Shown here: positions 26,911 to 40,833 of the stretch, one piece after another
Position numbering within the stretch: position 1 is the stretch's first letter
Layout: each line of letters begins with the position of its first letter
Assembly: GCF_006345805.1 (NCBI RefSeq)
Contig: NC_042997.1
Span: forward strand, 119,412,001 to 119,476,000
Reading direction: 5' to 3'
From: Octopus sinensis
Lineage: Eukaryota
DNA length: 64,000 bases
Translations under genes and position numbers: made by a program
Notes under the pieces: model-generated
Seen by the model: only the letters and a program-made list of their open reading frames with translations
Told to the model about the DNA's origin: nothing
Database searches by the model: none

Positions 26911-27176
26911 TGTTATTATGTGAGTCACGACGCCTCCTTGCGAGAAATAGACTGGATCGAGCGAATATAAATAGTTGCGGTCGGAGTGAAGTTTCTGTGT
27001 TAGTTCGACTTGAGTTAACAGTGAAGTCGGAAGGTGTCGGCTGGTTAGTTCGTTTGGAATATTGTTTGTTGTTTCGTGAAGAGATTGTTGGATCATTACT
27101 TTGTTATTAGGCTGTATCCTTATCTTGTTCACTGATACTAAACTGGTACAGTGTATCTAAACCATCCATCATAATA
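26911..27176 (+). repeat. Second LTR, preceded by a purine-rich PPT-like tract
   Basis: aaaagggttga|TGTT start; roughly 75-80% identical to the first LTR by eye. Confidence 0.85.
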
Positions 27177-27256
27177 TCGTCGGCAGTATCACGATACGAA
27201 GGATACTCATATATACATATACACACATGCGCACACGCATACACACACACACACAC

Positions 27257-27309
<53 letters not shown>

Positions 27310-27673
27310 GAGAAAGAAGCAACAAGAATGGTTTAGTTTTTAGTACAAAAACTAATCCATTCTTGTTGCTTCTTTCTCGTTTATAATCACCCCACATTAC
27401 TGTATGGTTAACACCATATAGTTTTCTGGTGCATCTAAGTTAAGTACCATATTCAAGTAAATTCATTGGAATTGACTTGAATCTTAATTGCTTTTATATA
27501 TATATATATATATTATGTGAAATAGAAAGATGAATAATCTTGTAGTAGATTAATCAACAGTTTAACCGATACCTTAGTAGCAAAAATCACAGCAGTAAAC
27601 AGCACGGTTGGAGGTACAACCATCTGGCGTTGCAACCGTGCGTTGGTGCGGATAATTGAAATTAAAACATTAT

Positions 27674-27814
27674 TGGTGAATTGAAGAAATGGAGCTGAAC
27701 GCAGATTGAACAGAAATCGTTGTATTTCATTCTACACGTGTTTCGAAACAAGTGTAGAATGAAATAAAACGATTTCTGTTCAATCTGCGTTCAGCTCCAT
27801 TTCTTCAATTCACC

Positions 27815-27815
<1 letters not shown>
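27674..27815. repeat. 142-bp spacer-less palindrome (foldback) adjoining (TA)n
   Basis: tggtgaattgaag...ctacacgtgtttc|gaaacaagtgtag...cttcaattcacca; 71-bp arms with 2 mismatches. Confidence 0.95.
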
Positions 27816-27845
<30 letters not shown>

Positions 27846-27994
27846 TGTATGTGTACAGGTCATCACCAACTGTGTAAACAACATGAAGTACGAAAATAAA
27901 CGAGTTAAATACACAAACAACGGGAAAAATTGAAAACAGCACAAGTAACACGGTGAACACCCTTCCATCAGTTTTCAGCTGTCTATCTATTTCT

Positions 27995-28523
27995 CATTTC
28001 AAGCATTCAGCGACAATGTGAGACTTCGAAAACTGTTGCTCACATAAATTGCAAAATATAGCTTTGGATTCATGGAGGGTGAAATTTGGGAACAAAACAA
28101 GACAGTGGAGACATACAACGTTTTCTATTTGTCTCTCTCTCGATCTTTCCCTTTATCACTCTGTCGTTGCTCACACGTGACCATCGTCCAGCTTTCTATT
28201 TCTCACGTGACCATCTTTCTTTTCCTGACAAGGTTCTAAGAGCTGTACGTCTTCTAGCTATCTCTCCCTTCTATTTATATATATATCTCTCTCTCTTCTA
28301 TACTTTCTCTTTCCAGAGAAAATATTTCTCCCAGCGTTCACTGATTTCCTCCCATTCTCGTGTAACGACCCTCATGTTTGTTTTCGTTCGGTTTCCTTGT
28401 ATGTCTCTACTGACCTGTTTTGTTCCCAACTTTGACCCTCCATAAATCCGAAATTTTAGTTAGGAATTTATGAGTGCAACTGAACTGTCTTCGAAGTCTC
28501 ATATTGTCGTTGAATACTCGAAA
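27995..28523. repeat. Diverged ~130-bp inverted repeat around a C/T-rich spacer
   Basis: atttcaagcattcagcgacaatgtgagacttcgaa..ggagggtgaaatttgggaacaaaac (27995-28122) vs its reverse complement at ~28390-28523; spacer has cacgtgaccatc twice. Confidence 0.75.
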
Positions 28524-28524
28524 T

Positions 28525-29110
28525 AACAACCCCCAACCATAACGTTAACCAAATTACTAAACCTTCTACCGACAAATTCTGTTCAGACTTAGACAAGTGT
28601 TTCCAGAAATCGCAAAATTACCGCTCCATATTTCCCAAACATAACATGAAGTTGTCTTATGCCAAGTCCTGCAACTTGGAGCAGTATATGCACCGATTCG
28701 ATAACAGAAAACTAAGCAAAGACTTGCACAACACTAACGAAACTGTATGCAACACGTGCTCAACCGGCTCCTGGGAAACTCTATGCATAGGAATGCACAG
28801 CACTAATCACTGCATAAATAATATCAACCACATACAAAACGACCCCAAGAGCTTGCATAACAACAGCATAGCGAACACGAACCGAGACCGATTAAGAACA
28901 GCACGTCCCAAAGAACAGCTAATAACAGATGCTCGTGTAGGGTCAAGTTACGATGCCCGTTGAGTAACCTCTGCATGAGTTGTAACCTAGTATATAAATG
29001 CACTGTGCACATGCGCGGATGACCGTATGTGTACATGGATACAACGGTCGGTGCCTTTATGAATCGATATTGCAAACAGGTCTCAAACTGCAAGAAATTA
29101 ACGAAGCTAT
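28525..29110 (+). mobile_element. Degraded PLE linker + GIY-YIG endonuclease fragment (CxCx5C type, possibly Hydra-like clade)
   Basis: KFCSDLDKCFQK..YRSIFPKHNMKLSY..NL; in another frame RCSCRVKLRCPLSNLCMSCNLVYKCTV..*PYVYMDTTVGAFMNRY. Confidence 0.7.
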
Positions 29111-29685
29111 CATCGGTGGGTTTTATGTAGTCTCTGTTAAATTAAAATTTTCTAGGCTACACTGAATTCTGCTAGATGATCATTATCCTGTATGGTAGGC
29201 TGGGGTTGCAAAATAGCATGAGTAATTTTTATCGATTACATTTACAGAAGTGCTAAATATTAAAATTTATTCATGCATGTAAATCTTTGTGATTAGATGT
29301 TTATGTCTGGGTGCGTCACATTTAGGTCATATGGATTCATAAATATTCTCCATACCATAAATATTCTACCGTACAGCCTACCATTCAACAGAACTCAGGT
29401 TACCCTAGAAAATTCTAACTTAACAGGTACTATGTAAAGCCAAGATGAATTTATATGCATTTAAGTGTAATGATGGTTTAGGTGCCAAAACTTAGAAGTC
29501 AGTGTTAATGCTTTTCTTGTTAAAGAATAATAAATTCCTTCTCTACCAACTGTATTGAGTAATCCTGCAAATGAATGTAAAATTGTTTTTATTTTGACAA
29601 AAAGAAATATATATATATATAACGGGAAGCTTTGTGAAAATAGACAAAAGACGAAGGCAGGTGGAAAACAAACGAACAATTGTAT

Positions 29686-29755
<70 letters not shown>

Positions 29756-31129
29756 AAATATATGCATACATATATATGTATATATATATACACATATACG
29801 TATATATAAAATATATATATATGTGTGTGAGTGAGTGTGTGTGTGTGTATGTGTATCCCTCGAGGTTACTCTGAATGAAATTATTCATTGAAATGCAACG
29901 TCCATATCGTTGTAAATTATTCTAGATACTGATCACCCATACTTATTTAGCAATATGAACTGCCAATAATTTCTTCGGATTCCCCTGTTTCATTTCATTG
30001 ACGTATCATATTTATTTTTATTATATTCCTGTAGAACGAATCATTATTCATATGTACACAATCACATGACTAGAACCATCGGCGTCAATATGTCTGCTTA
30101 CGCAGTGTCACAGTGAGACGTCTAAGCATGTGATTTCCTGATTAAATCAGTGTTGAAGATCTAATTATTCCCTTTGACATAATACATTTCTGTAATAGGC
30201 TGAGCAGAAATCACGCAAATATTAGGACTACAGAAATAAACTGCTAGGTCTAAGGAGATAATTCTCCGTGGGGGATATTGATAACGAAGGGAGTTAACAG
30301 AGGCAAACGTTAATTAAATTTCTATAATTATTCGCAATAATTATTGCTGTTATTAATAACCTTCTAGTTCTGAATATATGATTTCATAGCGTCTCCCAAG
30401 TTACTAACATATATACTTTATACAAGAGAGAGACATAAGAGAGACATATATGATACGCATAGTTTATACACTGGCACATAGTTACAAGTGTATTACACAC
30501 CCAGTCAAACACTCTCACACGCAAACACATCAAGCTACGAGCAATATCTATCTTTCTATCTACACACGGACACATACACACACAAACACACAAATGTGTA
30601 TATTACCTACATTATATATATATGTATGAAGAAAGGCAGAGAAATCGATTGATAGATAGATACATAGATAAATTCATATACATTGTAGAGTGGCAAGAGA
30701 ACCCACATAGATATAACAATACTTTTAAGTATGGCGATTCTGTGAAATATTACCGTACCCAAGCTTTGAGTGAGATTGTGTGAAAATAGGTTAATTACTC
30801 CAATATATGTTAGCTATGAGACATTTATAACATTACTAGAATTATTAATTGCATCCTATCACGTTAATCCAAGAGATCTTACCATTAATTGTGGCGCACC
30901 TGTCTTCCATTTTTTTTAATCAACAAACCAAATTATATTGTCATTGTATTAAAAATCATTGCATTACTTCTTACCACTATAATGCTTCATTTAGGGACTG
31001 TTTTGTTCGGCAGTTTCTCCTTGTCTGTACAATGCTGTGGATAACATCTGTTCTGTGTGATAAAAGAACCTACCGTTGTAATCAGTACCCTAGTGCAGAA
31101 AGATTGCTAGAGACAGTAAATATGACATA

Positions 31130-32830
31130 AATTACAGTGGATGGTCAAACTGGACTCTGAATTAATAATATAAAGTATTTTTGCAGGCCAGACGCCGAGT
31201 TCATAGCAACAAGTCAGCCGTTAAGGACTTAGTTGGGGTTTCTTCTTTCTACAGAGAAGAGTATTCTTGGGAAGTGGTGAAAATATTTTGCTGATCACCG
31301 AAATCCGAACTCGATAAATTCTTCTTGCGACCACAAGGCACATCAAGGGACGAAGTCTAACTGCACAGGCACCAAAATCATAGAGGTGATTAAGGCTTGA
31401 AAATGGGGAAAGGCCGCTCGCTGAAGAGGATAGCATTTTACCTTAAATATTACGAGCTTGAAATAGAAAAGGTATTTTCTTACTGGCTCGTATATACCAG
31501 ATAGTTTAGACATCTGGGAAGACAGCAAAGTAATGGCAATCCAAGATGATAATTCCAAAGTTTCAAAAGGGAAAGAATAGAGAGTGCTCTATTTATAGAA
31601 ATATCCCCTTGTTGAGTATCGCCAGTAAAATCAACGCTAGATCTCTGGTAAAAAGTTGTAGGTAAACTGTCAAGCGCACGGAAGCTAATGAAGTGTCTCT
31701 TCCGTCCTGGACGCAACACAAACGACCAGATATTCATTAAAAAGTAGGTCTTCAAGAGCTCATTGGAATATTGCTAAGAAGCGTACACTTCCTTCGTAGA
31801 CATCGAAAAGGCATGTGGACGCATGACACGGGACAAACATTGGAGGGTTTGTATAGGAGTTTGGGATATACAGCCGGCTTCTGGTTCTCGTGGAATCCCT
31901 ATTCGAATAGCGTGATGTTTGTGTTCAAGATTTGATGCTAGGTTGAAAACTTTCAACATAGGTGTCGGACTTCGGAACCGATGCGTATTGTCAGCTCTTT
32001 GTCAATATTTTTTATGGAATGGATTGACATGATCACCCGTGATATAAGTAATGTTACAAAAAGTGAGTATAGGATAGGTCGGATAATATTTGCAGACGTC
32101 ACAGTGCTACTTGGCTCATCTTCAGCATGCATTGCTTGGGTTGCCTGCAGTGTGTTGCAAAGTAGGGTTAAATATAAGACTGAAACAGTGATTCTCTAAA
32201 AAAAGTCTTCTCCGTGCACTCTGCATGTTAGTGTAAACAAGGTGGAAACATGTTAGTCACTAAAAGAAGGTGAGATGTTTCAATACCTCGAGTTGTATTC
32301 ACAAGAGATGGGAGGCAGGTGGTTGAAATCACTGAAATTAATTGCGGGTGCGGACATAGTAATAATGTGTCAGGCCCAGGATTCGATCCTAAATAAAGAT
32401 GTTGGTGAAGAGATCAAATGCGGTTTTTGTGTCTATCGTCACTTATTATCGTCATGAATGTTAGGTAATGACCGAAAAAGTACAATCATGAATATACAAG
32501 CGGCCGAAATGAGGTTTCTCTGAATGACCCAATAGGGTTATAGCTCGGAGAACAGGGAATCGCCCCAGGTCGAACCGCTGATTCGCCGCTTTCAGTAGTT
32601 ACAGTTCCCGTTCAACGGACGGCTGATTAGAAAGATGAATTAAAGAATCGGAAGACGTATACTTCAAGGCAAGCCAACTAACTGGAGACTAGTAGGGGTC
32701 TACGTAGAATGATATTGTTCGATAAACTCAGTTGGTCAGAATAAGAAATCTTGTCTAATGGCTGCTGCTTCTGATTGGAGGAGCTGCCTGGGGACACTAC
32801 TCCCAGGTCTTTCCCACGAATATCGGGGCA
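31130..32830 (+). mobile_element. Degraded RTE-clade LINE RT region
   Basis: WQSKMIIPKFQKGKNRECSIYRNIPLLSIASKI; FRPGRNTNDQIF; FVDIEKA; GVGLRNRCVLS; FADVTVLL; IQAAEMRFL across frameshifts. Confidence 0.85.
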
Positions 32831-33254
32831 AGAAGATGAATGAATGGGAGAAAATACTTCGCTGATAATGCAATGTTTATGCTATTACGTTGGTTGTATA
32901 TCGAGAAGGAATGTACGTTGAATTTCATAAAGATTGATGCATACAGTTTAATCTATATCAAGACTTAGCATAATAATTTTAGACAAGTTAGGCTGTCGAA
33001 TCTGTTATTGTAATATAATAGCATACTTTTTAATAAATAGCGAGATGAATTACAAGGTATACATATATTCATAGTATTACTGAATTTTAGATCGTTAAGG
33101 AAATCGATTTCGGACGTTGGTAATTTTTGAACATTTCGATTTGTATCGAATTGTTAAAGCTATCATCTTTTCAGTAATTTGTACACTAGCACGCTTCCCT
33201 TGTGGAATAAAATGACATTGTTTTATACACACACACACACACACAGACATAAAG

Positions 33255-33329
<75 letters not shown>

Positions 33330-33687
33330 CATACATATATATACATATATTACTAGTTTTTGAATTTGTGTTGCAAGATTCCTGATGTGAAACCGTATTT
33401 TGAAAAAGATATTGTTGTATATCAGGCTGGCCATTTTTTTTCCAAATACACACTCGCACTATATATTCGTTCTTCATCCGTATTAAGCAGGTGAAGAACG
33501 AGCATATAGAGAGTATGGAGAGAGAAAGAGAGAGAGAGAGTGAGTGAGAAAGGGAGAGAGACAGATAGTAATATAAACATATATAGATGGATAGATTGAC
33601 TGACTGATTGCTTGATAGCAATCAATAGATAAGTAGAGAGATAGGTAGAGAGATAAACGATATATATGTATATATATATATATATAT

Positions 33688-33763
<76 letters not shown>

Positions 33764-33921
33764 TATATAAACATATATATGGATGGATGGATGTATAAAT
33801 TAACAGGAGAGAAAAATCCAAGGCTGTGAAAGTTTTCAGATATTTTGAAAGAGTTCTTACAGCTGTTTCCAGGATATTTCATACATCCCTTCACCAGGGA
33901 CGGTGCGAGAAAATGCTTGAT

Positions 33922-33924
<3 letters not shown>

Positions 33925-33970
<46 letters not shown>

Positions 33971-34035
33971 CATAACAACAACAACAATAATAATAATAAT
34001 AATAATAAAAATGATAATAATAATAATAATAAATA
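33925..34035. repeat. (AAT)n/(AAC)n microsatellite
   Basis: Directly visible. Confidence 0.95.
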
Positions 34036-35899
34036 TAACATATATATATATATATATAATAAAATTGATGAGATGCTGGAGCAGAATTCTGGCCCAACAT
34101 CCGAAACTCTGAGTATTTATTATGGCAACCGACTAATTGTCACATATTATATTATAGATAAATTCTTCTATTTAAATAATACCGAGGCCTCATTCATTCT
34201 TAGGAGACTGTGACAGACAACTGGAAAAGGCTTGATAGATGCATACATAGCAAGACAAATGCGTATTTGCGTGTGTGTATTTGTGCATGCATATCTGCGC
34301 ATGTCTGAATTATAATATGAACGTGTATATTTTATTTGCTATACATTGTTCTAATCTCCATTGATAAGTGTATTGTTATATTATTATTTAGTCTTATTTT
34401 TACGACTTGTCGGCAGTGGGTCACTTCCGATTTGGATCTGGGATCCATGTTGCTTTGTCATCTAACCGGCTATTCGTGTCATTTCGTGTCCGTCTGTATC
34501 CCGGAAAACTGATGTTAACCCTATAAGTTCCATGGCTATTTCATATTACTGTGAACGTGTCTATGTATCAGTGTGACCAATTCTTTGCTGCTTCTGTAAT
34601 GATGAACCGACAAATGTTTCTTGAAATATATTTTGTTGTTGCCTTATGTTAACCTGATATATATATACTTATACTAATATGTAGATAATTATATATCCAT
34701 GGGTGAAAGTGCTTCAGTTTATTCAATGTAATATTTTGTAGCTGATTGCTTACGTGCAATTTATAATGTTCAAGCATTTAATTTCAGTATATTCAACACG
34801 TTTTCTCATTTAGTACTTTTCGCCCGTGTATATATGTCATGATACATATGTTAAATACATTTATTTTGTAGTGCAACTTTAATTACAGGAAAGTTCTATA
34901 TAAGAAAGCCAAATATCAGTAAAAATGCATCAGAATACCCCAGAAAAAAACGGCGGTGTATTTATTTATGAAATATATCAATACATTTTGTTTTGTAGTA
35001 TGTGAATATCCGATAAGGGGATTCATATTTAAATATGTGAGAATATATTATTACTATCAGAATATAATGATATCAGGAAATAAATAGCAGGAAACCCCTT
35101 TCAAGTAATTTTGTATTTAAGTTTATCTTCATTTTTGTATACATTAATAAAAAAGTTTTGTAGTCTTCCGTACACTTGCCGTACGTTTGAATATACAGGT
35201 GGTACACGCACACATAGAGATTTATAAGTAGAAAATAAATGGCTCCAAATTTAAAACCATTGTTCATCTTTATTGTCGCAGTGGTGATTGTGACCTCGCT
35301 CACCTAGATTTCTACACGAAGCAGCAACAACAGTCAAAGTCTATCTAACTATAAAAACCAAGAGAAAATGTACTTTATGATATTTTTCTATTATATTTAG
35401 TCTTGAATTGAATTTCGTATTCGCTCGTAAATATGGGTTGTGACCAGAAAGATTGTTCATTTGGTAATAAGTAATTTCAGACTCTTTTGAATTATATTTC
35501 AAATACAAAATGAACAAATAAGTCTTACAATTCGGATTAATCTAAGATAAATGTCGGCAAAAATTTAGTCAGACCATGTCTACCTTTATAACACCGCTTA
35601 ATAATATTTGTGAAGTCCTTTTTACGTTGGGTTTTCATCTATCAACGCACATAGAAGTAGTGAGTGTTTATTGACTGAGATATATAGAGATAGAGGTGGT
35701 TTATATAGAGTCCCTTGAAGATATGTTTCATGTTTCGTTTGGGGGTAATGGGGTCTTTTTCTTTGATTTGTTTTGGGATACTGTTAAATAGAGCAGGACA
35801 TGTTGAAGAATAGGAATTGTGTTGCAGTGAATTTATGTTTTTATCCTGATATGTGCAGGGGTGTATGAATTTGAGATGAAAGTCGTCTCGGCAATACTG

Positions 35900-36900
35900 A
35901 TGCTATATTCTCCATATTGTGCAAATGATGAAGCATGATTGCGGCGTTAGTGAGAATCAATATTTAATGTTAAAAGCGAACACGATTATCAAGATCAATC
36001 ATGCATTTCCTTTCTATTATTTTAGCGATTGCGCTCAGGATAATGCAATTTTCGTAATTTTTTGCGTGGTGTGGGGCAACTACAAGCAGGAGCAGTATTC
36101 GTGCTGTAGCTGTACTAAGAGGAAAAGAGCAATGGGGATATCAGTTAAATGTATTTCTTCCTTTAATCCTTCGTTTCTTTCTCCATTCAGAATTTTTGAA
36201 GTATGCATGTTGTCGACTGAGAATATTTTTAGTTTGCTGTACTTGATGACACTTGAGTGTTGTTTGCATAAACTTAAAGAGAAGCGCACATAATGCAGTC
36301 CCCTGGGGAACACCACAGTTGAATTTTACTGGACTTGTGTGAATTCCACTGATCACAGCATATTTTATGTTCACCAGGAAATACTTCATCCAGTGTAGCA
36401 CTGATTCCAATACAGGACAATATAAGCAGGATTATTTTATAGTCGATTCTGACGAAAGCTTTGCTGAATTGAAGACATAAAAGCTCAGATTTCGAATATG
36501 TTCTCAAAGCTTTAAGGACATCACCAATATTATATAAAAGCTGTGTTAGGCGGTCCCTGACACAGCTGCCAAGATAGCTGGAATGTAGAAAATTATGACA
36601 TCCAGGAAGCCACATTTTCGGCCACTTTGATGATGTGGGAGCTGAATGAAAATGGGTAATTTTAGGAAACCTATTTCTCCTCTGAAAAACTGGTATGACA
36701 AATTGGAATAAGAGGTTTTTTGATAGATAACCTGCGTCTAAAGAAATTAACCAAAGATTGGTTTTCGAGAGGAAGCAAGCAGCTGGCATCTGCATTACTT
36801 CAAGACAGTAATCTAACAGCGCCTACAGCAGAATAATGCTTGGTTTCATTTATTACAGCGATGATGTCTAAGGCAGTGCATCTATATCACAGATAATAAG
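35900..36900 (-). mobile_element. Degraded CR1/L2-group LINE RT fragment
   Basis: LQFSKAFVRIDYKIIL; LHWMKYFLVN..SGIHTSPVKFNCGVPQGTALCALL. Confidence 0.75.
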
Positions 36901-38189
36901 TTGTGGGTTGAGTTCCTTCATATCCCTTGCGTGAATATCAGTGGGATCTCTAAAGACAGGACAATATTGTTTCTGCTGATCTTCTGCCATCTTTTTAGTG
37001 CCATGGGTGAGAACGATGTTATCACCTACCAGTTGACCAATGGGTGATCCAGCGACCCTATGAACTGAACCCTGTTGGGTTGTATTTGATCTTTTTGATC
37101 ACCAACCTTCCTCTGCAGTCCTTTGGTTGTTGATGCTGTTCTGCTGACAATTTGAAAGAAAGTGTCATTCCCTGGATATGTAATAACCGTTTATTAAGTG
37201 CTGATCAATGAAACAACAATAATTAAATATTTTAATTATATAAATGAATATATCATCGATAAAACTTGAAATCACGGTCTAGTGGATCTTATGCATATCT
37301 ACTTCAATGTGTGTTATACTCTTTTGCAGGAAGTAAATTCATATTATTTAATGGGTAAATTCATCACATTTGTAAGCACAAACGTTACATAACCTGATAC
37401 GAATTCGTGGAAATTTGTTAAGAAAAAATGCTCGTTATTTCAAGTTGTAGGAATCATATGACACACACAGTGATAAAATCTAACCCATTCTCTTTCAATT
37501 CTCACTAATATTTTTTTTAACGATGTTGCTGTTGCTAATACTAAAAGAAATCAGGAACTATGAACATTTACGTCATTGAGCTGCTTACGACTCCCTTTTT
37601 GTTTGACAAGTTTTTTATATTTAATTGACTGATGTTTTCAAACTTGCGCAAAGAAAACTTATAGGTTCCTAAACAACATCACACGCCTGAAAGGTTAACG
37701 ACCATATATAATTAAATTTTCCATAAAAATCCTCATAAATGTAACACTATTTGAGAAAATATAGCGGACGCTTAGTGTAACTTCAAAGAGAGTAAATATA
37801 TGAAACAGCATTGGGATTGCAATTATTACCGCATTGCTGCGCGTCTAACGCCATTAGGAGAACATTCAGTACCAAATATTTATCTCTGTAATAGACAACG
37901 TGTAGTTCAAGTAAGTACTATGAAAGGTGCTATGGCAATATCACGTTTCCGTTAATATTAGGAAATTCAGAAACAGTATATTCTACAGCCAGTAGCATTT
38001 TAAGATAAAACGATGGCACATTTAACTCCGTTAACATTTAACTCAAGAATTTTGTTATTAAATAATTAACGATCAATTAAATTAAATTAAATTAAGTTAC
38101 CTATATTTTTATTTGTTAATAAAATGATGTCCCTATGAATAGGTTCAAAATTAATAGACCATTGCGTTTTACCCGTTTTTGATCAGGCT

Positions 38190-40100
38190 GAACGTCTTTA
38201 CACAGACGTCGATAAGGCAATGAGAAAGGCATATCTCGGCTTAAGTCGGTTCGATTTACAGCGTTCTCGATTATGTGTCGGTTTTCAAAATTAACATATG
38301 GAAAATCAAATCTGAAGCTTCAGGGTGAAGACCCCTGTCATCAATACGAAAAGAGGCAAAATGGAAAGTCGTTTTCTCTTTGGATTGTTAGGTTGAATCG
38401 TGAGCATGAAGAGTCAAACAAATCATTCAAGAAGGTTTTGTCTTTGGTCGAGGACATGAAAAAAAATATGCAGATGAAAAAGATGTAGAGCACCAAGCAA
38501 GTCAAAGATGGTTCATGAGATTTAAGGAGCGGAGAATTTATCACTCCATTAAGAAGCGAGTTGAAAATGCATCAGCCGACGAACAAGCAGCAATGGAATT
38601 TCCTAATGCATTAAAGAAAATCATCGAAGAATACAGGTTTCTTCCCGAACGGATTTTTAACGTAGACGAAATTGGATTGTATTGCGGGATAAAATGCCAC
38701 CCTATTCATTCATTTCCAAGGAGGAGAAAACTATTCCAGACTACAAGATTTCAAAAGAACGTGTGACCGTTATGCGGGGAGGTAATTGTGCAGGAGATTT
38801 TAAGTTAATAGCATTGCACACAAAGCCAGTGCCCTGAAGAACATACCCAAGGCATCTCTCCCCGTTATATGAATGGTTAATTCAAAAGCATGGGTTACTG
38901 TTGTTCTTTTATTATATCCCAGCAGCAGATATGTACAGTAGGGAGAATGGGATTCCTCTTAAGCTTTTACTCATCTTATATAATGGTCCTTGTCACACGC
39001 AGAACATCGCAGATTTTGACCCCAACGTTACCGTCGTATACCTCCCTCCCAAAACTACATCTCTTCTCCAGCCAATAGATCAGGGAATAATTGCTGTCTT
39101 TAAGTGTTACAATACGAAGCGTACGCTGCGGTAAGCAATAGCAGCAACTGATCTTGATGAGTCCATCACAGTTCGTGACTTTTTGAATAGATACGGTATC
39201 TACAAGGCTGTACAAAACATAGCAGGGGCATGGAATGGTGTACTGAGCATGGCTATGGACGGCGCATGGAAGAAGCTATGGCTGCAATTCGTAAATGACT
39301 TTAAGGACGTTGATAATGTTGTCATCAACAAAACGTTGGCGACTACGAGCAAAAGAACTGGAAATGGATTTGGAAGGGGAGGAGGATTTCACAGATTTAT
39401 TTGAACGAACAAATATTTGATAGAGCTTCAAGAAAGCATAATAAAGACAAAGGGGAAAAGGAAACTGATGCATGTCACTTTACAAGTAAAAAATGCAGCA
39501 AGCATTTGCATATATCGAAAAAGGTATTTCTATGTTCGAAGATATGGATCCAAATACTCGACGCTTTTCCAAGATTATGGGGTCTTCAGTCGAATTAACT
39601 TGTCTCTAGGCTCCTTATACTGTAACCCTTGAGGAAAAGATCCACAGCCATCCACAGGCGTGATGTAAACCACTAAATTATATGTACGTATTGGTAAATT
39701 GAAAATAATAATTGATAATAACTACTGAATGATAATAATATCTGAATTGTTTTTTAATCTTAAAGTAGGCTTTTATTTACGATACCTTACTGCAATCTGC
39801 ATTCATAAATAAAGCATCCGCGATCTACGGTAAACGCCGCCAAATTGTATTCGTAAATTAAGTTACGTTTTCTTTTCACTGTATTAAAAAAACAAACAAA
39901 AACACTTGTTTGTAAGCTTAAACTAGATTTTTATTAACCAAGTATTATTGAAAATGCATCCATAAATAAAGTACAGAACTGAGGATGGTTATTAACCTTT
40001 TTAGCCTAGAGACAAGTAAATTCGGCCTAGCCTAGAGACAAGTTAATTCGACATAAGTTGTTTTTCGACTTACGCCGTGTCTCATGGAACCAATTAATAA
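38190..40100 (+). mobile_element. Tigger/pogo DNA transposon, frameshifted transposase (CENP-B HTH + DDE_1)
   Basis: ENASADEQAAMEFPNALKKIIEEYRFLPERIFNVDEIGLY; GGNCAGDFKL; LLLILYNGPCH..VVYLPPKTTSLLQPIDQGIIAVFKCY; cgactta-type subterminal motifs at ~38240 and ~40050-40075. TIRs not resolved. Confidence 0.9.
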
Positions 40101-40833
40101 TTTAGGGTGAAGTAATAGCAATTTCAAATGGTCAATTTACTGGGATTGTGAAATATTTTTGAAACAGGATAGAGTATGGAGAGTGGGTTATTGTTGGGAT
40201 AAGAAAAGGGAATAGGGACTGGATTTCTAGAATATCTTATGTTCAATGGCCACGCAAGATATGTTTTAATTGTAGTAAATATCATTGAAAAGTCCTAGTG
40301 TATAACATTTAACAACATTTAACAACATTTATAACGTTGTTAAATTAATACTTGTTAGTCAGTGAAATAAAGCCGTGGGCAGACAGAATTGTTATCCCGT
40401 CGAACAAAATGCTTAGTGATACTTCTTCCGGTTGTTTACGTTCTAAGTTCAAATCCTGACGCAGTCAACGTTGCCTTTCATCACATTGGAGTGGATAAAA
40501 TATATTACTATTGAACTAATTAAGTCAGCGTAATCAACGTGCCATCTCTTCTGGAAATTGCTGATCTTGAACGATGCAACGCGTCAGTGCCCCATTCATA
40601 GTAATGTGATCTTGGTCACATATACTGAATGGAAAGTGGGAAACCGGCCATGTGAGTTCAAAAGCTCGAGTAAAAAAAATCAGTGGAGTGTTGTTTACAG
40701 ATTCAGATATCACAGAATCACCACGTCTTCTTACAAGATATATTGACTACCAGCATTTATGAGGGATATGGAGAAGTGTTATAGTATTATATACACTTGT
40801 TTATTTTATTTTATTTTATATTTTATGAAAGTG

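Larger units (their letters stand above)
23826..27206 (+). mobile_element. Old Ty3/gypsy (Mag-like) LTR retrotransposon; gag, protease and integrase remnants, RT/RNaseH missing
   Basis: Two related LTRs; gag FKCLIFVQGL..EIRTRIL and CCHC knuckles (~24.7-25.08 kb); protease VKVKGVNIELQLHTGRDISII (catalytic D to H); integrase RMKVLMISYLY*P..CVKSCRVC, PWSRVGIDYAGP..YLIVVDS, PNGQAEKFVDTFKRALQK; many stops and frameshifts. Confidence 0.9.

Noticed and set aside
35304-35340. Minus-strand micro-exon TLTVVAASCRNL (C2-domain-like) with gtgag donor
   Set aside because: Upstream AGs would pre-empt the needed acceptor and give stops; only 12 aa of similarity and no supporting exons.
39992-40050. ~27-bp direct repeat (tagcctagagacaagt.aattcg) as a CRISPR-like repeat
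   Set aside because: Only two adjacent units with no spacer, in eukaryotic DNA; a small tandem duplication in the Tigger 3' region.
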